From Amoebophrya sp. A120 (lineage: Eukaryota > Protista > Dinoflagellata): a stretch of DNA of 64,000 bases. Made by a program: the position numbers and the translations under genes. The notes under the pieces are model-generated. The model had not been told where the DNA came from and searched no databases. It saw only the letters and a program-made list of their open reading frames with translations. Positions 24,914-38,183 of the stretch are shown here, piece after piece (the first letter of the stretch is position 1; every line of letters begins with the position of its first letter). The stretch covers positions 3,120,587-3,184,586 of the forward strand of contig CAJINV010000010.1 of assembly GCA_905178155.1 (NCBI GenBank). Direction: 5' to 3'.

Positions 24914-27900
24914 TTATCTTCCCTTCTTCTTCCCCTTTTTTTTCGTGGCTGCCTTCTTCGCCGCCTTGCCCTTCTTGGCCAGTAATTTGTTCTTCGCTTT
25001 CGGGTATCAAATGTAAAAATGTCTGGGTCTGGAAGAAGCAACTTGTCATGCTAAATCTGCAGCATGCAAAAATCTGTGTTGCATGATTACCAAAAGTGTT
25101 TCAGTTTTGACCAAGTCGGGAGGTAGTGTCTCATGCAGGATAGGCATTAGAAAGGTCTCGCAGAATCTGTCATGCTAGGTCCTGCATTCCAGACCTCATG
25201 GGTCATGGAAAAGCAGCATGACAAATCGCGCACTCTTCCAGACCCAGACATTTTTACATTTGATATCGGGTATAAACGGGTTGCAAATGTGTAGTCCTAG
25301 TTCTACTTTGGAGGGGGCTCCTCGGGGAGAATATTTTTCTTTTCGTGGTACACACGAACCTTGCCCTTGTCGTGCTCCCTAACTCACATGGCTGGAGAGT
25401 TTGAGTTTGTGATGCACCACAATCGCTGGCGAGGCAAAGGTGCACCTCCTTCGCATTTGTGTATTTTTCTCAAGAAAGTTCTTGTATCGTACCCAAGAAT
25501 GAGAGTGACAGAGCCAGCTCGCGTCATGCAACTCGTCATGCTTGTCTGATGCCCATTGCAGTAGTTCTAGTTCTTTTCATAATCGATCTAATCTTATGCT
25601 TATCATCCTCCACGAGTAGTTTCTTGCATGACAACTTTCCCGAGGAGGTCGTGGCGCCCCCGACCATGACCTCCACCCAGAACAATTACCCACATTTGCA
25701 GTAGATAGCGGACTCGGCTTCTTCACCGAGGAGGATCCGCCACCGGCTGGACCTCTGCTATTTTTCTTCGGCACGGCGGATTTAGATTATGACCGTGCAC
25801 AACTCCCCCTGCTAGTACCCCTCGTTCATATTGCATGAACAGCAATACCAGCGTCAGAAAGTAGAATGCAGGTTTCGCATGACAAATTTTTTGAACAGGA
25901 GTTGTGTAGTTGTGCTATTTGGGCTGCCAGAACTTGTCATGCAAACAGTACAAACAACAGCCAAGGCGTAAATTAGGTCTTTTGCATGACAGATGAGGGG
26001 GACGAGGGGGAGTTGTGCACTCTCATATAGACGCCCCGTCGTTGTCGTCGTCATCTTCGGTGCTGGACTGAAAGGACCCCTGGGTCGGGCCGTTTTTGTT
26101 TTATGACCTGCTCAAACGGAACAACAATCTCAAACGTTACAATAGAGTCTCCTGGGTTTTGCTTTGTATTCTATTGCATGACCAGCATGACAGACTCGGA
26201 CAGCATTTTTCCACTTTCTGCAATACAAATTTCGGCAGATTGTATTGCGGATTGGGACCACTCCAGAACTTGTCATGCGCAATGGCAATCCTATGTCAAG
26301 TGGCTAGATAATGCACTTCTTGCAAGACAAATTCAAGATTCTATATGTAACGTTTGAGATTGTAAAACCTGAGCAGGTCATATGTTTTCCGGCCGGGTTC
26401 TTGTTTTGATCGTGGTGCTCGTCAGCTCCGTGGCGTTTGCAAGGTACTTCTCGTATTTATGCATTGCAAAAGTATCCACCTCGCACCAGTAGAAAAAAGC
26501 AAGACAAATTGGCTCGACATTACAACTTGAATCTGTACAATGCGGATTTTTTTTCCTTAACTAGCCTTCTTGTTAAACTTCTCTAAAATGCATAAACTGC
26601 AATTTTTACGTACGAATATGATACTTTTGCGATCCATAGTATTGGTCCGGGTCAAACTTCTCTTTGTTCTGCTCCAGATACAGCTTGTAGCTGAAGTGGT
26701 ATTTTAAATTTGCGCTGCTAGAAGTGCAAGTGTGCATCATGACCAGGAAGATATTCAATCATATATTGAATTTTTTTAGGTCGTGACGACACCACATGAC
26801 CTGTTAAACTTTCCGTGTAGTTTCTCCCTCGCACAGCAAAAAGAACGTACGAATGGGACGTGTGCTAGAAGATGAATAGCATTCTTGATTTTGCTTCTGT
26901 ACTTCCGAAAAAAAAAACATTCTTTAAAAAAAAGGTGGTCGTGGTTGCACTGGTTATCTATATCTTCTCTATCGTATCTATAGTACTTGCTTTCCTGCAT
27001 TGCGAGCATTTTCTGGAGCACCCAATAGTCCCGCCTTGCTTCCCCCTGCTCCAAAGTCGGAGCCCCGAAGTACTTGCGTTCTCCCACGGTAACCATGGAC
27101 TGCCACACCCGAAAGCCGAGGAGCTGGGCGGCCACGATGGTCTCGGGGTGTTCCTTCCAAGAGTCGTCTGGGGGGATGTCGGTGCCCAACTTGGCATTTT
27201 GAACGGCTGCGGTCAAATATTTGTTTTATTTTCATCTCATCAACAGGTGAGTTAGGATTAGGAAGGAGCATGAACATCATGATGGAGAGACGCCAGGGAA
27301 TGGGAACGAACACGGAGTTAGCAAAATAATCACAACCATAAGCATCGTGGTCGCGGCATAGTTTTAGTTAGACATCAAGACAGTGTATTGCTATAGTTTC
27401 ATCTCGTTTTACTACCTTCCATATGCAATGCAAAAGTATCGTGCTCGTAGTATTGCAATACAAATTAGCTCAGCATGACAACTGGAATTTCTCATGCTGA
27501 TTTAGTTTGACAAAGAAATTTGTCTTGCATGACTGCGAGTAGTACGAGTACGATACTTTTGCACAGGATATTCCACCCACATCGCTTCATAGTTCTTCTT
27601 CTCCTTTATGCGAGTGCACAACTCCCCCTCCCCCTCATTTGAATGGCATCCGCAGCAACACAAGTCCTGGCACAGATGCAGGAGCTTTCGCATGAAGACA
27701 AATTTGCACATGAGTGTAGTGCTATTTGGGCCGCCAGAATTTGTCATGCACACAGTGCCAAGAGGCAAAGCGTGGACTTGGTATCTTCCATGACAAATGA
27801 GGGGGAGGGGGGGTTGTGCACTCTCATATCCTTCAGCAGCGAGGCACGAAGACTGTTCAGTTCGTCGCTACTGGCGCACTGGCGACTGAACTTCGCGAGG

Positions 27901-30413
27901 CGCTCGTTTATCTCATTCAGTTCGGGCTCAATTTCTTCCTCCACGAGCCTGCCAAAACGGTCCCAGATGTCGTACAGCCTGTGCCGCTCGTTCTTGGTCA
28001 GAAACTTTGGGGGGTGACCTGGGGGGCAGTGGGGTCGTAAAAAAGAAGTTTCACTTTTTTCACGAAGTACAAGTATGATCAAAAATGGGCTCATGAAACA
28101 TCATTAAAAATATGCATGCACTTGGATGCAACTGCAAGAGCAAAAGTTCAGATGCTGCGAGCGCAACGCGGCTAACTTGTGAAAGTGTAAATATGTACCC
28201 GGTGGCCACTTATCACTGCGAAACATGCATCTGTCCGGCATGGGGTCAATGGGCACGAACGGCGCTGTCAGCACAAGGCCACCCGCCATCTCCTCTGCCT
28301 TCGTATGCAGTGCAAAATTCATTTTATCGCAGCTCTATTATTAGTTGTGAGTGGAGCATCAAGTTGCATTAATATAGCATGTCCAAAATTACCCGCCGTA
28401 GAGTGAGAAATACTGGTCTTACTAGGTAAAGTCGTATTCGAAATCGAACGAACCGAGTCTGTGATGTTAGAAGCGAGTTTGTCATGCAGATTCAGATGAG
28501 AATAAAAAAGCCATCTGTCATACATCAGTAGTGGCAAGAATTTGTTGAGGAAGTAGCACTAGAGTGCGATACTAGTCTGGGACTTTTGCACCCGACATAC
28601 TTCGCGCTCTGTTGCAGCGTCTCCTGCCATGCCTGCTCCTCCTTCGTCACCCGTTGCTTGCGCTGTTTCGGCTCTCCTGAACCAGCCCGTCGGCCATTCG
28701 CGCCGTTATTTCCTCGCCCACCTTGCGTGTTGTTTGCCGACGAGTTGGACCTTTCCGCTTTCTCATATCGGTATGCTGTGCAAAAGTAATATCGCACTCG
28801 TAGTAATTCTTGCAGTCATGCATTACAAACCATCTTTTTTAAGGCAGATCTGCAGTACAAATTGTATTTCTCATGCTGAGAAAATTTGTCATACGTTTTA
28901 TATATACTAGCACGATGCTTTTGCAGTTCATAATTGGTTCATCCACGGAAGCTGATGCGCCTTTTTCGCCGCCTCCTGCAGGACACCTCCGAAGATCGAG
29001 TTTTTGGCCAGAAAATTCACCTGCTCCGGTATAACCTGCTCAGGTGTTACAATCTCAAACAAGCGATTATACAATAGAATTATCGAAATCTGTGATGCAA
29101 GAGATGCATTTATTTGTGGCCAACTCTCATAGGATTGCGCATGACAAGTTCCGGAGTCCCAAACCGCACCACATTTCGGCGAAATTTGTATTGCAGAAAG
29201 TGGAACGGTCTGCGAGTCTGTCATGCTCATCATGCAACGCAAATCCTAGATTCTACGTGTCACGTTTGAGATTGTAACACCTGAGCAGATCATATCCGCG
29301 GCCGCCGCTGCGGCCTGCCGGCTCAAAGGCTGCCTTGCTGGTCCTCCTGCGGAAGTAGTGCCACCTGCTGCTGCGCGAAGATTATTTGCCGCGGTGGAGG
29401 TGGACGTCGGCCGTCCAGCCATCATCGGCTGATTCATGTGCGAAGTAGACGTGGCTGTTGTTCCTACCCTCTGTAGATTCAGATTGATCGGCGGTCGGGA
29501 AGAGGAGGAGGAGGACCCGGTAGTTATTGCACCAGACACCAGAATTTGCTGGCCAACGTGGAGGGGCCCTGGTGCACCACCTCCACGCTGCTGCTGTTGC
29601 GCCGCTTGCTTTTCTTGAAGGAGTTGCGCCTTTTGCATTTGAAAGTTGTGCAGTGCGATTTTTTCTGCTTGCTCGACACTGCGGATGCTATGCATTGCAA
29701 AAGTATCGCACTCGTACTGATTGCGTTCATGCATTACAAATCTCTCTTTTAAGGCAGATCCGCATTACAAATTTAATTTGTAATGCTAAGTGAATTTGTA
29801 ATGCAAGTTTTACAACTACTACGATATTTTTGCAATGTATAGACGCTGATTTGGCGCAATGTCGTGCCGGCGTCGAACCCCCCCGCGCTGAAGCACCGGG
29901 CCTTCATATCCTGAGTAAAAACGTACCCACAACAGAGTTGTAATGCAGATTTGCAAAGACAGGAAGACTTGTAATGCGCATCCGCATGAGAGGCATTTCC
30001 AGTCGTGTTTTGGAATTTGTGATGCTGTGAACAGGATGAGCAGATGAATCTGTGATGCGGCTGCACTTGCTAACCTGCACTACACTGCAGAGCGCAACTT
30101 GTCATGCGTGACTCACAAAACTCCTAGGTTTGTGTTGCAAAATCCCCATCCTGACTCTGGTGTGGGTACGTTTTTACTCAGGATACTTCATCTTGGAAAC
30201 GAGATCTTTCGCTTTCGATTCGTCGAGCCCTTTCGCCATCAATTTTTGCGCGATAAATCTTGCATGTTCGCCGTTCAGCGGCCCGTTCGCTCCGCCCCCA
30301 TGCACGGCTCTTGGATCGGCCACACCTGCTCCGGGAGGAGGCGCAGAAGGAGCTGCGCCAGGATTCCCTACTGCGCCGCGCTGCTGCTGGTTCTGCTGTG
30401 CCGGGGTCATCAT
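24914..30413 (-). CDS. Unknown protein with Q-rich N-terminal half and Lys-rich C-terminal tail; 11 introners plus probable GT-AG introns
   Basis: Frame restored across each element. Candidate canonical introns 27207-27415 and 26691-26986 keep frame. The join across ~28020-28600 is unresolved, so this could be two genes. Confidence 0.6.
25005..25265. mobile_element. Introner family A, reverse orientation relative to 5707
   Basis: DR TCGGG/TCGGG. Confidence 0.9.
25271..25707. mobile_element. Aged introner abutting the previous element
   Basis: tata...tgcaaatgtg / cacatttgcagtagata; DR TCGGG/GCGGA. Confidence 0.7.
25788..26027. mobile_element. Introner family C
   Basis: DR TAGAT/TAGAC. Confidence 0.9.
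26102..26382. mobile_element. Introner family D
   Basis: DR TGTTT/TGTTT. Confidence 0.9.
26458..26638. mobile_element. Introner family B, aged
   Basis: DR GTATT/GTATT. Confidence 0.85.
26691..26986 (-). other. Probable canonical GT-AG intron
   Basis: AA|GTACTA...CTTCAG|CTAC restores frame. Confidence 0.5.
27207..27415 (-). other. Probable canonical GT-AG intron
   Basis: G|GTAGTA...CCGCAG|CCGTT restores frame. Confidence 0.5.
27422..27570. mobile_element. Introner family B
   Basis: DR TTCCA/TTCCA. Confidence 0.9.
27607..27828. mobile_element. Introner family C
   Basis: DR TCCTT/TCCTT. Confidence 0.9.
28772..28932. mobile_element. Introner family B
   Basis: DR ATCGG/ATTGG. Confidence 0.88.
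29030..29294. mobile_element. Introner family D
   Basis: DR TCCGG/TCCGC. Confidence 0.9.
29689..29841. mobile_element. Introner family B
   Basis: DR GATGC/GACGC. Confidence 0.88.
29907..30185. mobile_element. Introner family K
   Basis: DR CTTCA/CTTCA. Confidence 0.9.
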
Positions 30414-31588
30414 CTTCTTATACAATAAAGAGGAGGAGGAGGAGGATCAACAGCAGACCGCAGTAGAAAATGCAATGCAGATAAAACTAAAGGTAAAACA
30501 GCGAATCTCAACACTCTCAGTTTGGTGTTTCTTCTACCGTCGCAAGGTACTTCTACATTTGTTTTCGGTGACGTCGGGTACGAATTGGTATTTGGAAAAT
30601 AGCACAAGATAGAGCATCAGCATAGAGTATTTCGATTACGACGATCTATAAAAATTCGTTGTATTTATTGAAAATGTGTTGAATAAAACGGCATTCATGT
30701 AAGTCATCTGCATCTGTGTCGCTTGTGTCGCTGGTGGTCAAGAAAATTCAAATTTCATGTAGAGAGGTGGAGAGTAGCAAAAGTTTGCTTCTAAAATTTT
30801 GAATCAGGGCAACATGCTTCTGTTGCTGCCTTGTTTCTTTGTTTATTCCATACAACGTGCTAGTTGTTCATCTTTCCCAAAACAAATTATCTTCGAGCTT
30901 GATGAAAATAACACGTGTATTTCTAGACCCTTTCCTCGTTTGTTCAGAACAGACACAGTCTTCTCCTCTTTCACGCAAACTACTTTAGTTGTTTTATACA
31001 TTTTTCAAGAAGACCAAAACCAGCAACAGTTGCATCTTCAGCACAGGGAGACGACGAGATTCCAAAATCGGACGACGCCGAACGACCTAGGCGTTGAACA
31101 CCTTTGCTTTTCCAACCATTGGCGAAAAGAAAAACCCCAACACAGGACAGTAAACCACTACTGGGGTCTTTCTAAATCGCTCAACGGGACGATAGCACTA
31201 TGGGGAGTCGAACTCCTCCCGGAAATACTCTACAACTCATCATCTTCCCGTCCTGGAGCTTCTTGCTTTTTTGATGTCTTGCTTCTTGAAGATGCACCAT
31301 CTACACTGCGGCAGCTTTGTTCCTTCGTCCACCTTCCACCGAGGGACAGTAAAGCGGCGGGCATCAAAATACTTAGTTAGAGCAACATCAAGCACGTAGA
31401 TTAGAACCGGGAAGTTGTTGTACTTAGATCCGGAACTGCCCTAGCAGATAGGTGCGCGAAAATAGATGAGCCTAGATTTACCAATGACCAAAAGCAAAAG
31501 ACTACATCATCACCCACCGCTCGAAATAAATGTGGATCCAGCTACACCTGTCAACGACAAAACCTCCAAACTTGGAGGTCTCGAAAAA

Positions 31589-32060
31589 TGTTGTTCACAG
31601 AATGTTCACACCTATCTTCATCGGTCAAGATCTTGTTTTCTTCTTGGTCGTGACTACTCGGCTGAGCTTTTTTCTGAATCGTGTACATCGTACTGATATC
31701 GCCGAGTCGCATGAAGAAGTCGTTTTTTTGGGGAATGTTTTTTTACTTTTGCCTTCCTGATTGTTTTGCTCAATCTTGAGCCAACGGCTCACAACAAAAT
31801 TATACAGGTTGCATCGTGTCTCACATGTTCCAGGGTCTATCTAGATGTGAATCAACGTAATGAAACCTAGTGGCCGATTGGCAAAAAAACGGGTAGGCAA
31901 AAGTAAAAAAACATTCCCCAAAAAAACGACTTCTTCATGCGACTCGGCGATATCAATACGATGCACACGATTCAGAAAAAAGCTCAACCGAGTAGTCACG
32001 ACCAAGAAGAAAACAAGATCTTGACCGATGAAGATAGGTGTGAACATTCTGTGAACAACA
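31589..32060. repeat. 166-bp near-perfect inverted duplication (arms 31589-31754 and 31895-32060, 140-bp spacer)
   Basis: Arms are reverse complements with ~3 mismatches; intergenic; no TAT/ATA ends or 5-bp repeat. Confidence 0.9.
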
Positions 32061-32567
32061 AATAGCGCCACGCATAATTCTCTTGCCACGACCGACAGTT
32101 TTGGATATCTCCTTTTTTGTTTTGCACGGTAGCTGCAGAGATCACGTCCTCTATAAGAGGAGAGCACTTGTTGCAGATGGACCACATTAAACCGAGTTTT
32201 TTTCTCTTTCACTTTCCACCCGAGGAGCATGGAGCAGCTGCACTTGGCGGGTCTACGCCTACAAAAAGTCATACTCTATCTTAGCAGCTGCGATGAAGAA
32301 CACAAATATAATTTGCTCAGACCGAATGCGAATGACCGACGTCGACCACTGCAGTTTTCTTCATTCGAGCGAGCGGATGTTTTTTATGCCATTGCGTTAT
32401 AGCTTGCTCAGGGGGCAATATGGTAAGTAATCATGATTTGAACTGCTCTGCTCAAGACATCAATATTAGGGCATGAACAGGACACGGTAAACTATCTACA
32501 TCTTCGTGTAGGGGTAATTGGTAACCACCTGCAGTCCTTGATGCAACATCTCATGAAAAGTCTTCTA

Positions 32568-33823
32568 TCAGGTCTCGAGTTGTGCATGTCCTGTCGCTGC
32601 TTCCGTTGTTCTTCCGCCCAGCATCGTCCCAACGGAGGTAGCTGCAGCCCCCGTCACAGAGGCAAAACTCCAGATTCTCTGGGCCTGTTTTGCGAGCCGC
32701 TTCCCGTTGCGGTACTTCCTGTAGGTGTAAATGAGAAACAAGAGGAAAAACGCCAGCAGCATCCGGATCCGCTTCTTGATTTGGGAAAGCAGCAGTTGCC
32801 TCTGCTCCAGCGACTCGAAGTGTTTCAGCCTCGATGTGTTCTTGTAGGGAGATGTTGCTGGTGTTCCCTGCCGCCCCCCGCGACCTCCTCCTGCTTCGAT
32901 GTCAACATCGCCGGCTTGTAGTTCCAAGGCAAGCTGTTTCTCTTTTGCGGTTTGCTCGTAAATGGTGTCCAATTCCTTCTTCAAGGACTCATTTTCATTG
33001 GTGTAGTACCCCTTTAGGCCAAATAACCAACTCATCAACTGCGAGATCCGGTAGGAAATCTGGGAGAATTGTTCCTGCATCTAGTTTATCAAGTGGTGCA
33101 AATATTATGTCTGGAGATTTGTCATGCAGTTTTTCCAAGCTCGACCCAGTTTGGAATGCAAGCCCTAGAATGATGACAGGCTCTAGTACAGCCTCTCGGT
33201 GATCATGATGCATATTCTGCATGAGAAATGTTGCCCCCTCAACATAGCCAGAATTGTGAACCTTTTGCAAGTCATCACGCAAGGCAGATTTTTGTACGAT
33301 CCACAACATGCATCACAAGTCTGGCATTCTTCCAAACCCAGACATATTTGCATTTGATATGGTCCAGAAACATCGTGTTCAGCTCCATCATCTGCGTCAT
33401 CTGGAACATTTGGTTCACTATCAAGTGCAAAAATGTCTGGGTCTGGAAACTTGTAATGCTAAAAATGAATACAAGACGCACTGCAATACGCAGCTACGCA
33501 TGACAAATTTTTTGGCTGCCATGTCTTACGTGATATTCCGCATGGCAAACTGCGTTTCTGCATGACAGGAAAGAGGGCTTTTTCGTGCCTATGCAACACA
33601 GATTCCCGAGTCATGCCAGACAAGCATGACAAACTTGCATTCTTCCAGACCCAGACCTTTTACATTTGATATTCACCGAGTTTTGCAGATTGCCGTCCTG
33701 CTGGCCTCCCGCCCCGTACATTCCGCCCATGCCGTACATGCCCATGGCGCCGTAGCCTCCCATTCCCATCCCGTATCCGCCTCCATAGCCCCCGTATCCT
33801 CCGTAGAGGCTGCGACCATACAT
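32568..33823 (-). CDS. YG/MG-rich N-terminus membrane protein, possibly PEX13-like, ~239 aa, 2 introners
   Basis: MYGRSLYGGYGGYGGGYGMGMGG... then amphipathic helix QMTQMMELNTMFLDQMQEQF and TM segment MLLAFFLLFLIY. The architecture resembles SH3-less PEX13; function is inferred. Confidence 0.55.
33087..33359. mobile_element. Introner family A
   Basis: DR TAGTT/TGGTC; in-frame removal. Confidence 0.85.
33419..33671. mobile_element. Introner family A
   Basis: DR TTCAC/TTCAC. Confidence 0.9.
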
Positions 33824-34924
33824 GATCTTGATGTTCTTGTGCCGATGGTCGTTGTTTGTGTGGTCTTCGTGTTAGTACAAGAGCCGACGCGTATGTTGTA
33901 AAACTTAAAGTGCGTCGTGCGTGCTTCTGGTTCAGGAAACGACTGTATTGAAGTTCTGCAGTTTTCAAAGATCTGTGTTCTTGTGTCCAATTGCTCTTTT
34001 TCTTGATCCCGACGTAGGAGATGAAAACAACGCAAGAATTAGAACGCCAACTGGATCTCGATCTTCTACTAAAGCCAGATCGACGCCTGACGCCAAAATC
34101 GAGAATACAAGCTCAATGCGCTGCAAGTAGGAAAAAAGCTCCGGCGCGAGAAAAGATACTTAGGAACTGGGACGGCGCAAGAAGACGAACCTTTCGAGAA
34201 AACCATCAAGCTTCTACTCGATACACGACTGCCCTTCTGGCTCATCAATATTTTTTTTCGTCTTCTTCCGCAACTGAATTTTTTCGGACTAAGAATCCGC
34301 ATCCGCACCATAACAATTTCAATTCGTTGATGCACCCGCCGAAAATAAAACCCACAATTTTTTTATATAGATTCCGTTCTTCAAATCAAAGGGTTCAAAG
34401 AAACAATCAAAATTGCTTCCTTGTCGTTCTCGTTGCACTAGTTCGTTCTCGAAGTGACAGAAAAGCTCCGAGGAGATCGTTCTTTCAAATGATTGATGCA
34501 AAAACAAGCTCTACAATTACTTAAAGTTAAACGGCTAATATAGCTCAAGATTTATTTTACGACTCAGGCTGCTCGCCGTCCCGCGGCTCTAGTTCATTTG
34601 CATTGAAAGGGGAAAAGAAAACGAAGGCGCGATAAATACTAAGTTTCCTTTTTGACATTGAAGTTGAAGATGACCACAGCTGCAGGCGTTATACTTCATC
34701 TAGCCCTACTGGTTAGCTTTATCAATTAAACACTCTTAGCAGTGGCAGGGTCAGGGTTGGAAAGTCCACAGATCAGGTGTTCTTGACCAGTTCTCTCGAT
34801 ATTAGCTTTAGGGTTTTAGACAGAAGCAAGAAAAAGATTATTGCCCATAAAGAAGTTTAAGTTCTTCTGAAGACGTGTAAATCAAATTTGAATTTGATTT
34901 TTTTTGTGCCCGCCCCGCACCTCT

Positions 34925-37186
34925 CTACGCAACCTCCTCGTACTCCTCCGGGAGCTCATATCCTGTGCAAAAGTATCGCATCGGTAGTTGTAATTGCAAT
35001 TGCAATTGCAATCGCAATGGCAATGATCTGGTCCTGCATTACAGATCTTCCATCGTCCCTCATAAGGGAAAAAATCACCCTTGGAAAATTTTCTAGTTCG
35101 AAAACAAGTTTGCAAATGCAATTTCGACTCGAAATGCGACAATTTTGCAAAAATGCATAGCTCGAAATGCGCATTGATATCCGCCACCGCAATGCCTCCG
35201 GACCGCGCCAGGTGACTCCGACACGTGTCGATGTGGTATTATCCCAAGCAAAAACGTTCCCACAGCATAGTCAAGTTGGGAATCTAGCAACACAAATCTC
35301 CAAGTTTTGGGAGCTGTGCATGACAAGTTTCCCTCTGCAGTTGTGTAGTGCTGGTTGGCAAGGGAAGCCGCATGAGAAAGCCACTTTCTCATCCTGTTTC
35401 CAGCATTACAAATTCCAAATCGCGATTGGTAATGCCTCTACTTATGGAGCTGCGCATTACAAACGTTCCTGTCATTGCACATTTGCATGACGATATTGGG
35501 GTGAGGACGTTTTTACACAGGATAGGTATCCCCATTTGTTCACCATTTCTTTCACGGTCGGAATCATGGACCGCTGTTTCATATGCATTGCAAAACTATC
35601 GTACGTAGTAGACATTGCATTACAAATTTTATCTAGAAAAAAGCAATTTGTCATGCGTGTTCGAGTAGACAGCTGGATTTGTCATGCATACCCGACTGCG
35701 CCACATCGAAAACCTTTGCACCGTCGCCGCAAGCAGCTACGGCCGCAGGAGATTTGTCATGCATGGCTGCAATAATTACTACGAGTACGATACTTTTGCA
35801 GAGGATATTTCATCAGCTCCGCGGGGTCCTTCTTCCGCAGCTGGGAGATTTCCAGTATCAAATGCAAAAGTGTCTGGGTCTGGAAGGATGCAAGGTTTGT
35901 CATGCACATTTTGCATGATTCCTGACGTCTTTGATGCATGTTGCCCTAGCATCACTGATTTTGCGAGGGCATCCTGATGCCTATACCGCATGAGAGATGT
36001 TGCCCTCTTTCCATGGCAAAAACTGGACCTCTTTTGCGGGTCATGCAGTACAGATTTTTGTAGCATGCAAATGCAGCATCACAAGTTACATCCTTCCAGA
36101 CCCAGGCATATTTGCAATGCATATCCAGTTTCAGCTTGTTATTCGTCTTGGTGATCCTATCCACGTCAGCTTTCTGGGGCAATAAAGCGGTTGTTCCAAC
36201 CCCCGGCGTGCTGTTGTTCTCTTTTCCCGCGGCACAACTGGAGGTTGTTGTAGCTGTTACGTTGACCGTTTCGAAGTTCGTTTTTAGCTGCTGCAACTGT
36301 TGGACCAACTGCTTTTCGATGACCGTCTCCAAGTGCTCCAGCTCGCGCAACTGCTGTTTTTCCGAAGCAACTTTCTTTATGAACTGCAAAAGTATCGTAC
36401 TAGTAGTAATTGCAATACAAATTAGCTCAACGCGACAAATGGAATTTGTCATGCTGTTTTGCCTTGGTATGGAGATTTGTGATGCAAGACTTGCATTTAT
36501 ACGAGTACGATACTTTTGCACAGGATATTCTTCGGATTCAGCCAAAAAACGGTGCTGGAACCGACCTTGTCTTGCAACACTTCTGCTTCGGAGAGCAGAG
36601 CTTCCAAAATCTCCTTCAGGTAGGGCTGCCGGATCCCCTTGGGCTTCAAGCCGTTTTCCAACTCCTTAAGTGTGTAGAAGTTCCCGCCCTCGTTCTCACT
36701 TTTCCACCAAGCCAGCATCTCCTGCCGCTTCTCTTCCGGTGACATGCCGTGTTTCGCCTTCTTCGCTATCCTGTGCAAAACAAGCATCGTATTTTTCGTA
36801 TTGCAGCCATGCATTACAAATCTTTTTGCTTTTCTTAAAGTACCTCCGCACTACAAATCTTATTTCTCACGCTGAGGAAATTTGTGATGCATTTATACGA
36901 GTGCGATACTTTTGCAGTTCATATTCGCATTGTTGTGTTTATTTCCCTCCGCGGTTCCCCCGGCCGTGTCTGCGGTCTTCTGGTCGCGTTTGTTGGTATT
37001 GGCAGTGTGGATAGTGGTTGCACCTGCAGAGGGAGTAAATGCGGGACCTCCACCAGTCAAGGTCGTGGGTTGTACTAGTTGGGCAACTGCGGCGTTTCCT
37101 TGTGGCGCTGCAGATGTAGCACTGGTCGTGGAGGTGGTTTCACCAGCCTGGCCAGGTTGAAGAACTGTAGACGATGAAGCTGCCAT
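34925..37186 (-). CDS. MND1: Meiotic nuclear division protein 1, ~314 aa, 6 introners
   Basis: GMSPEEKRQEML..FYTLKELE..KGI...LKEILEALL...V..DKVGSSTVFW winged helix, coiled coil, and DP..L..VNKW..HI..HFELPEEY C-terminus; 2262-1317=945 nt. Confidence 0.88.
34959..35159. mobile_element. Family B-like introner with internal (ATTGCA)n run
   Basis: DR GCTCA/GCTCG. Confidence 0.82.
35240..35524. mobile_element. Introner family K
   Basis: DR GGTAT/GGTAT. Confidence 0.88.
35582..35807. mobile_element. Introner family B, long variant
   Basis: DR TTTCA/TTTCA. Confidence 0.9.
35856..36123. mobile_element. Introner family A
   Basis: DR TCCAG/TCCAG. Confidence 0.9.
36378..36527. mobile_element. Introner family B
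   Basis: DR TTCTT/TTCTT. Confidence 0.9.
36767..36923. mobile_element. Introner family B
   Basis: DR TTCGC/TTCGC. Confidence 0.9.
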
Positions 37187-38183
37187 GTTGATCGTGACCA
37201 CAGCAGGAGTGCTTTACCTTCGCTTTGGTCTGCCTACAACTTGTTTTGTGGTCAAGCTACTATAGATTCCTTACCGTGCTTTCTGACTCCTCTAAGTAGT
37301 TCCAGGAAAAATTTGGTACATCACCTCGCCAACGTTGCGTTTATTTTGCAGACAACTCCATACTTGTAGTACATCTCACCACACACGAGCACGTGGACGA
37401 CGTTCTTTTTTGCATCAGTAGCATTCCCCATTTGCAGTTGCACATTTGCTGGCCTCAAAAGTAAAAGGAACCCTCTCGGTGCAACAACCGTCGACCCTCC
37501 GGCGAGCAGTTTTGAAGAAGCAACCATTTTTTGCACGAGGAACATGCAACACTCCAAAAACAACGAAGACCAACTGTTTCTCTCCTGTCTCTCAATCAGT
37601 CGTCGAGCGAAGCATTAAAATCAGGGTTTCAGCCTTCTTATTTGTCAGTTCTATCTTAGTTGGTTCATCCATTGTATGCTGCGGTGCAAAAGCGACAGCA
37701 GTACTTTTCTTTGTCGAACCGAAAGAACAGAGCGCGCAAATCTCTTCATCTACCGAAGCAATATGCTGGAATGAGTCGACGACGAGATCTTATCTGTCGC
37801 GAATTGTTCACGTTCATCTTCGATTCATATGTGAAAATCGTCTCCGTAGTGCTACATAATTGGTCATCTCTTGTCGCTTCGCGTATATTTATAGAATGTC
37901 GCTGTATGATTTTGACTGTTGCAGCGTCGACCCCCATGAACTCTGAAGAAGTAGAAGCGCGCCGACATCGACATGGGTCGTGGGACTTCTTGCGGTTTCG
38001 AAATATTAAACAATATTATAGGACTCGAGTCTCAATCGTCTCACATCGCGGCCTCAATCTGATTGTCTTTCAGTGTAGCTCCTGCCAAGTTCTTGCCAGT
38101 AGTACTCGTCCTGACAAACAATAATAGTAAGTTCGGCAACTATTGCACAACTAACACGGCCGGCTAAATAAGCTAACGATCCA

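Noticed and set aside
28100-28530. Possible very old introner(s) with scattered gcatg motifs
   Set aside because: Could not define ends or a frame-restoring join.
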